64,000 bases of DNA from Lepidodermella squamata (Eukaryota > Animalia > Gastrotricha): NCBI GenBank assembly GCA_047495785.1, contig JBLDXI010000026.1:310001-374000 (forward strand), written 5' to 3'. Shown here piece by piece: positions 61,478 to 64,000 of the stretch; within the stretch, counting starts at the first letter, position 1, and every line of letters starts with the position of its first letter. Made by a program: the position numbers and the translations under genes. Under the pieces are notes generated by a model. The model saw only the letters and a list, made by a program, of their open reading frames with translations, made no database searches and had not been told where the DNA came from.

Positions 61478-61807
61478 TTGGCTGACTCTGTTAACATTTG
61501 CTCTTTCTCTTCGAACCAACTTTTGCGAATCAATGAAATAATAAAATAAATTTCCTATTTGCTGATCCAGCTTATTATATTCATTTACTGAAATTGATTT
61601 ACAAATTATCAGAAGAATGCGTCTCCACATTAAATGAGTCGTGCCACACAGAAAAGGTCCTCACCGTTTTTGTTGAGCCCCACTATGAGGGTGACTATCA
61701 CAGTCTCGGGATCACAACTCTCTTCTGTAATTCTTATTCAGCTCTAATAAGGGCCTTTTCTATACGGCACGTCTCAAATAAAGGCTTCATGTTTTCGAGT
61801 TTTCTGA

Positions 61808-64000
61808 TCAAGGACTGATAATGCTAACCAGGCTGTTCAGTAATCCTGTATCGGTCTCGAGAATAGCTATTGACTTGCTCAGTTTAGAACCTAGAGTTAC
61901 CACACTTGGCAAAGTCTTGTGTGTTGTTTGCCCAGGGGACGGCAAAGCAACGGCAATGCGATGGCAGCTTTTGCCAACACGATCAGAAGACCATGAAAGC
62001 TCTCCAATGTGCTCTTCTCCATCATTTGTATCCTTTTCCTGCTCGCCATACGCATAAACCTGTAAGAATTTGGATGATTCACGCCCCCGAGTCGAATAAT
62101 ATATTACTTACGATAATCTTTCCGAGTGAGCTATCACCAATGATTATATTTCCTAGCCGGTCGAATATTATTTGAGCTGGATAAGCTTTCACCATTTGAA
62201 GTTCACTAACACGTCGCAGCGTGAGTCCAGAGGTTGATCGCCGATTTACCTCAAATTTAACAATCACAGAAGTGTCTCTATTAGGCAGAAGTCTTGTCGA
62301 AGCTACTTCTTCATTAGCCTCTAAAATCTCAACGAATCGTTTTCCGTCATCGGGCATCAGAACTTCAATCCTTCTCTTCTTCCTATCGCAAACTGCTATG
62401 TGATAGCTTTCATCCTCCGCGGTGAATATCGAACAGCTGTAGGGCGAGAATCCACACAATATTGAAGCTATATGGTGGCCGATAGGTTTCCCGCATTCAT
62501 CGGATGCTATAGACCATATGGAAATGTCATTGTGTTTACTTCCATGGTAATCACAACCGAAAAGTAATCGATTCAGAGGATCGACGGATATAGTCTCCAA
62601 ATGACGTCCATCTAACATTTCACTTGGAATGAGAACATCTGTCTCTGCGGAGCAAATTTCTTGAAGGTTAGCAGCCCCATTAGTTATCAAAGTCATAACC
62701 GAGTCCATTCCAGAGTGTTTAGCCATGTCCGCTAGCAGATAGCAAACTTTAAGCAAGTTTGATGAGTAGTTTATTCGAAGAACTGATCCATCCGTTTGAC
62801 CGCTGGGGTAATTGAAAAGATAGATGTCATCAGAAACATAGTCGTAGGTAGCATGGGCGATTTTCAGAGTTTTCATCGCCACATTTTTAGGCATGACCAG
62901 GCTACAACTTCCGCTGAACTTCGAAGTTGTCCACTTTTTATCGCGATTTGGAAAATGCTGCAAAAGTAAGTAAGCTATCAAAAAAGCGATGAATGGAAAT
63001 TGAGAGCAACCTCGACTCTTCCGTTGCTTGTTAGCACTAACAAAGCTGGCTCTGGGTGCTGGCTGATTGGACTCCCAATGTATACGATTGCAGTTATATC
63101 ATCTTTCTCTTTCGTCTGGAAAATTTCCACCGGATACCTAGAAAGATTCACCCAGTACTTGGGCGATAATGCGTTAGTTCGACGTCGAGAGTCTGATAGC
63201 GTAGAAGCGAAAAATTGAGGATCAGTCGGACTAATCATGATGCCTGAATCTGTCAGTAGCTCATCAGGAACATCCAAATTATCGAGCTCTTCGCAAATAT
63301 CAAACGATTCGGCGTGGCCGCATTGGAACTGGAATTCTTTGATAGCTGCTCGGATTTTAGGGTGCTTCAACAAGTCACGCGATTTCGGTCGATTGACGGG
63401 GTTCTTCTCCAGCAACTTTTCGCAGATAAAATTACGAAGGTCTGCGCTGTAACTCTCATCAGTTATCGGCTTCGGGGATTCGCTAAAAAGCTTCAAGTTA
63501 ATGCCTATTTTCTTTTACATGGCTCATACTGTATAATTTTCCGCATCAAGGCAGCCTCGTTAATTGCAAGAAACTGGAAACGGAATAAAATTATTTCCCA
63601 TGGAAATGAAGGTTTCAAAAATAATTTACTGGTAGATCCAAAGTGGCCAACTCGTAGCAAACGATTCCCAACGTCCAAATATCGCCACGAAAGGAAAAGT
63701 GGGCATCCTGTAATGTTTCCGGGGGCCTATGAGTGATAGTTCCCCAGCCAGTCCCGGCAGAACTTATGTCTCTGAAATTCTCACAACATAACCTCATCCG
63801 TCTAAAAATTGTACGAGAAATACGTGTCGAGCTGTTTGGAAACTCCAAAGTCACCAAGTTTCAAGAAAATTCCGTAGGCAAGAAAAATGTTGTCTGATTT
63901 GATGTCCCGATGGAGGACGCGCAGTTTTGTGTGGAGATAATCAACTGCCCTGACTAGTTGGGCAGTCCAGGCCCATATTTGGCACTCGTGGTATGATCCA
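61808..64000 (-). CDS. NEK-like Ser/Thr kinase fused to DPQFF/NHL-like beta-propeller (5' part outside window)
   Basis: Kinase motifs YLH...VLHRDIKSDNIFL, KLGDFGVSKQL, PPE, DIWTLG and LLEKNPVNRP. Then TDPQFF, SVDPLNRLLFGCD..NDISIW and PAQIIFDRLGNIIIGD. The last exon (from ~62060) ends SIISP*. Confidence 0.82.

Noticed and set aside
1-64000. Prokaryotic operon, prophage or defence-system interpretation
   Set aside because: Spliceosomal introns, nuclear receptors, LDLa, a Kv T1 domain and a SINE show this is animal nuclear DNA.

Overview
This is gene-dense eukaryotic DNA (roughly 40% GC by eye), most likely from an invertebrate animal with a compact genome. Most introns are GT-AG and about 50-60 nt, so many ORF-track entries are exon fragments; I re-spliced them by hand. 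The window holds five divergent nuclear receptors plus a fragment, three Cys-loop channel subunits, a Shaker-type Kv channel with a short S4, a secreted LDLa-only protein, a SEA-mucin, a STELLO-like glycosyltransferase, two DUF4419 genes and two pairs of orphan secreted paralogs. The most unusual items are four. (1) Two genes share one C-terminal DPQFF/NHL-like beta-propeller but carry different N-terminal modules, a trypsin-like pseudoprotease and a NEK-like kinase. (2) An intronless TM-LRAT/PLAAT-GTPase-CaaX fusion. (3) A membrane-anchored, apparently cytosol-facing pseudo-astacin with two UBR-type zinc fingers. (4) A domesticated hAT/ZBED gene split by a 3,944-bp foldback element with ~1-kb inverted arms and a 4-bp TSD. 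Smaller repeats include a tRNA/CORE-type SINE with TSD, several MITEs (one inserted into a TTAGGG tract) and a LINE remnant. All family calls rest on motif recognition, not database searches.
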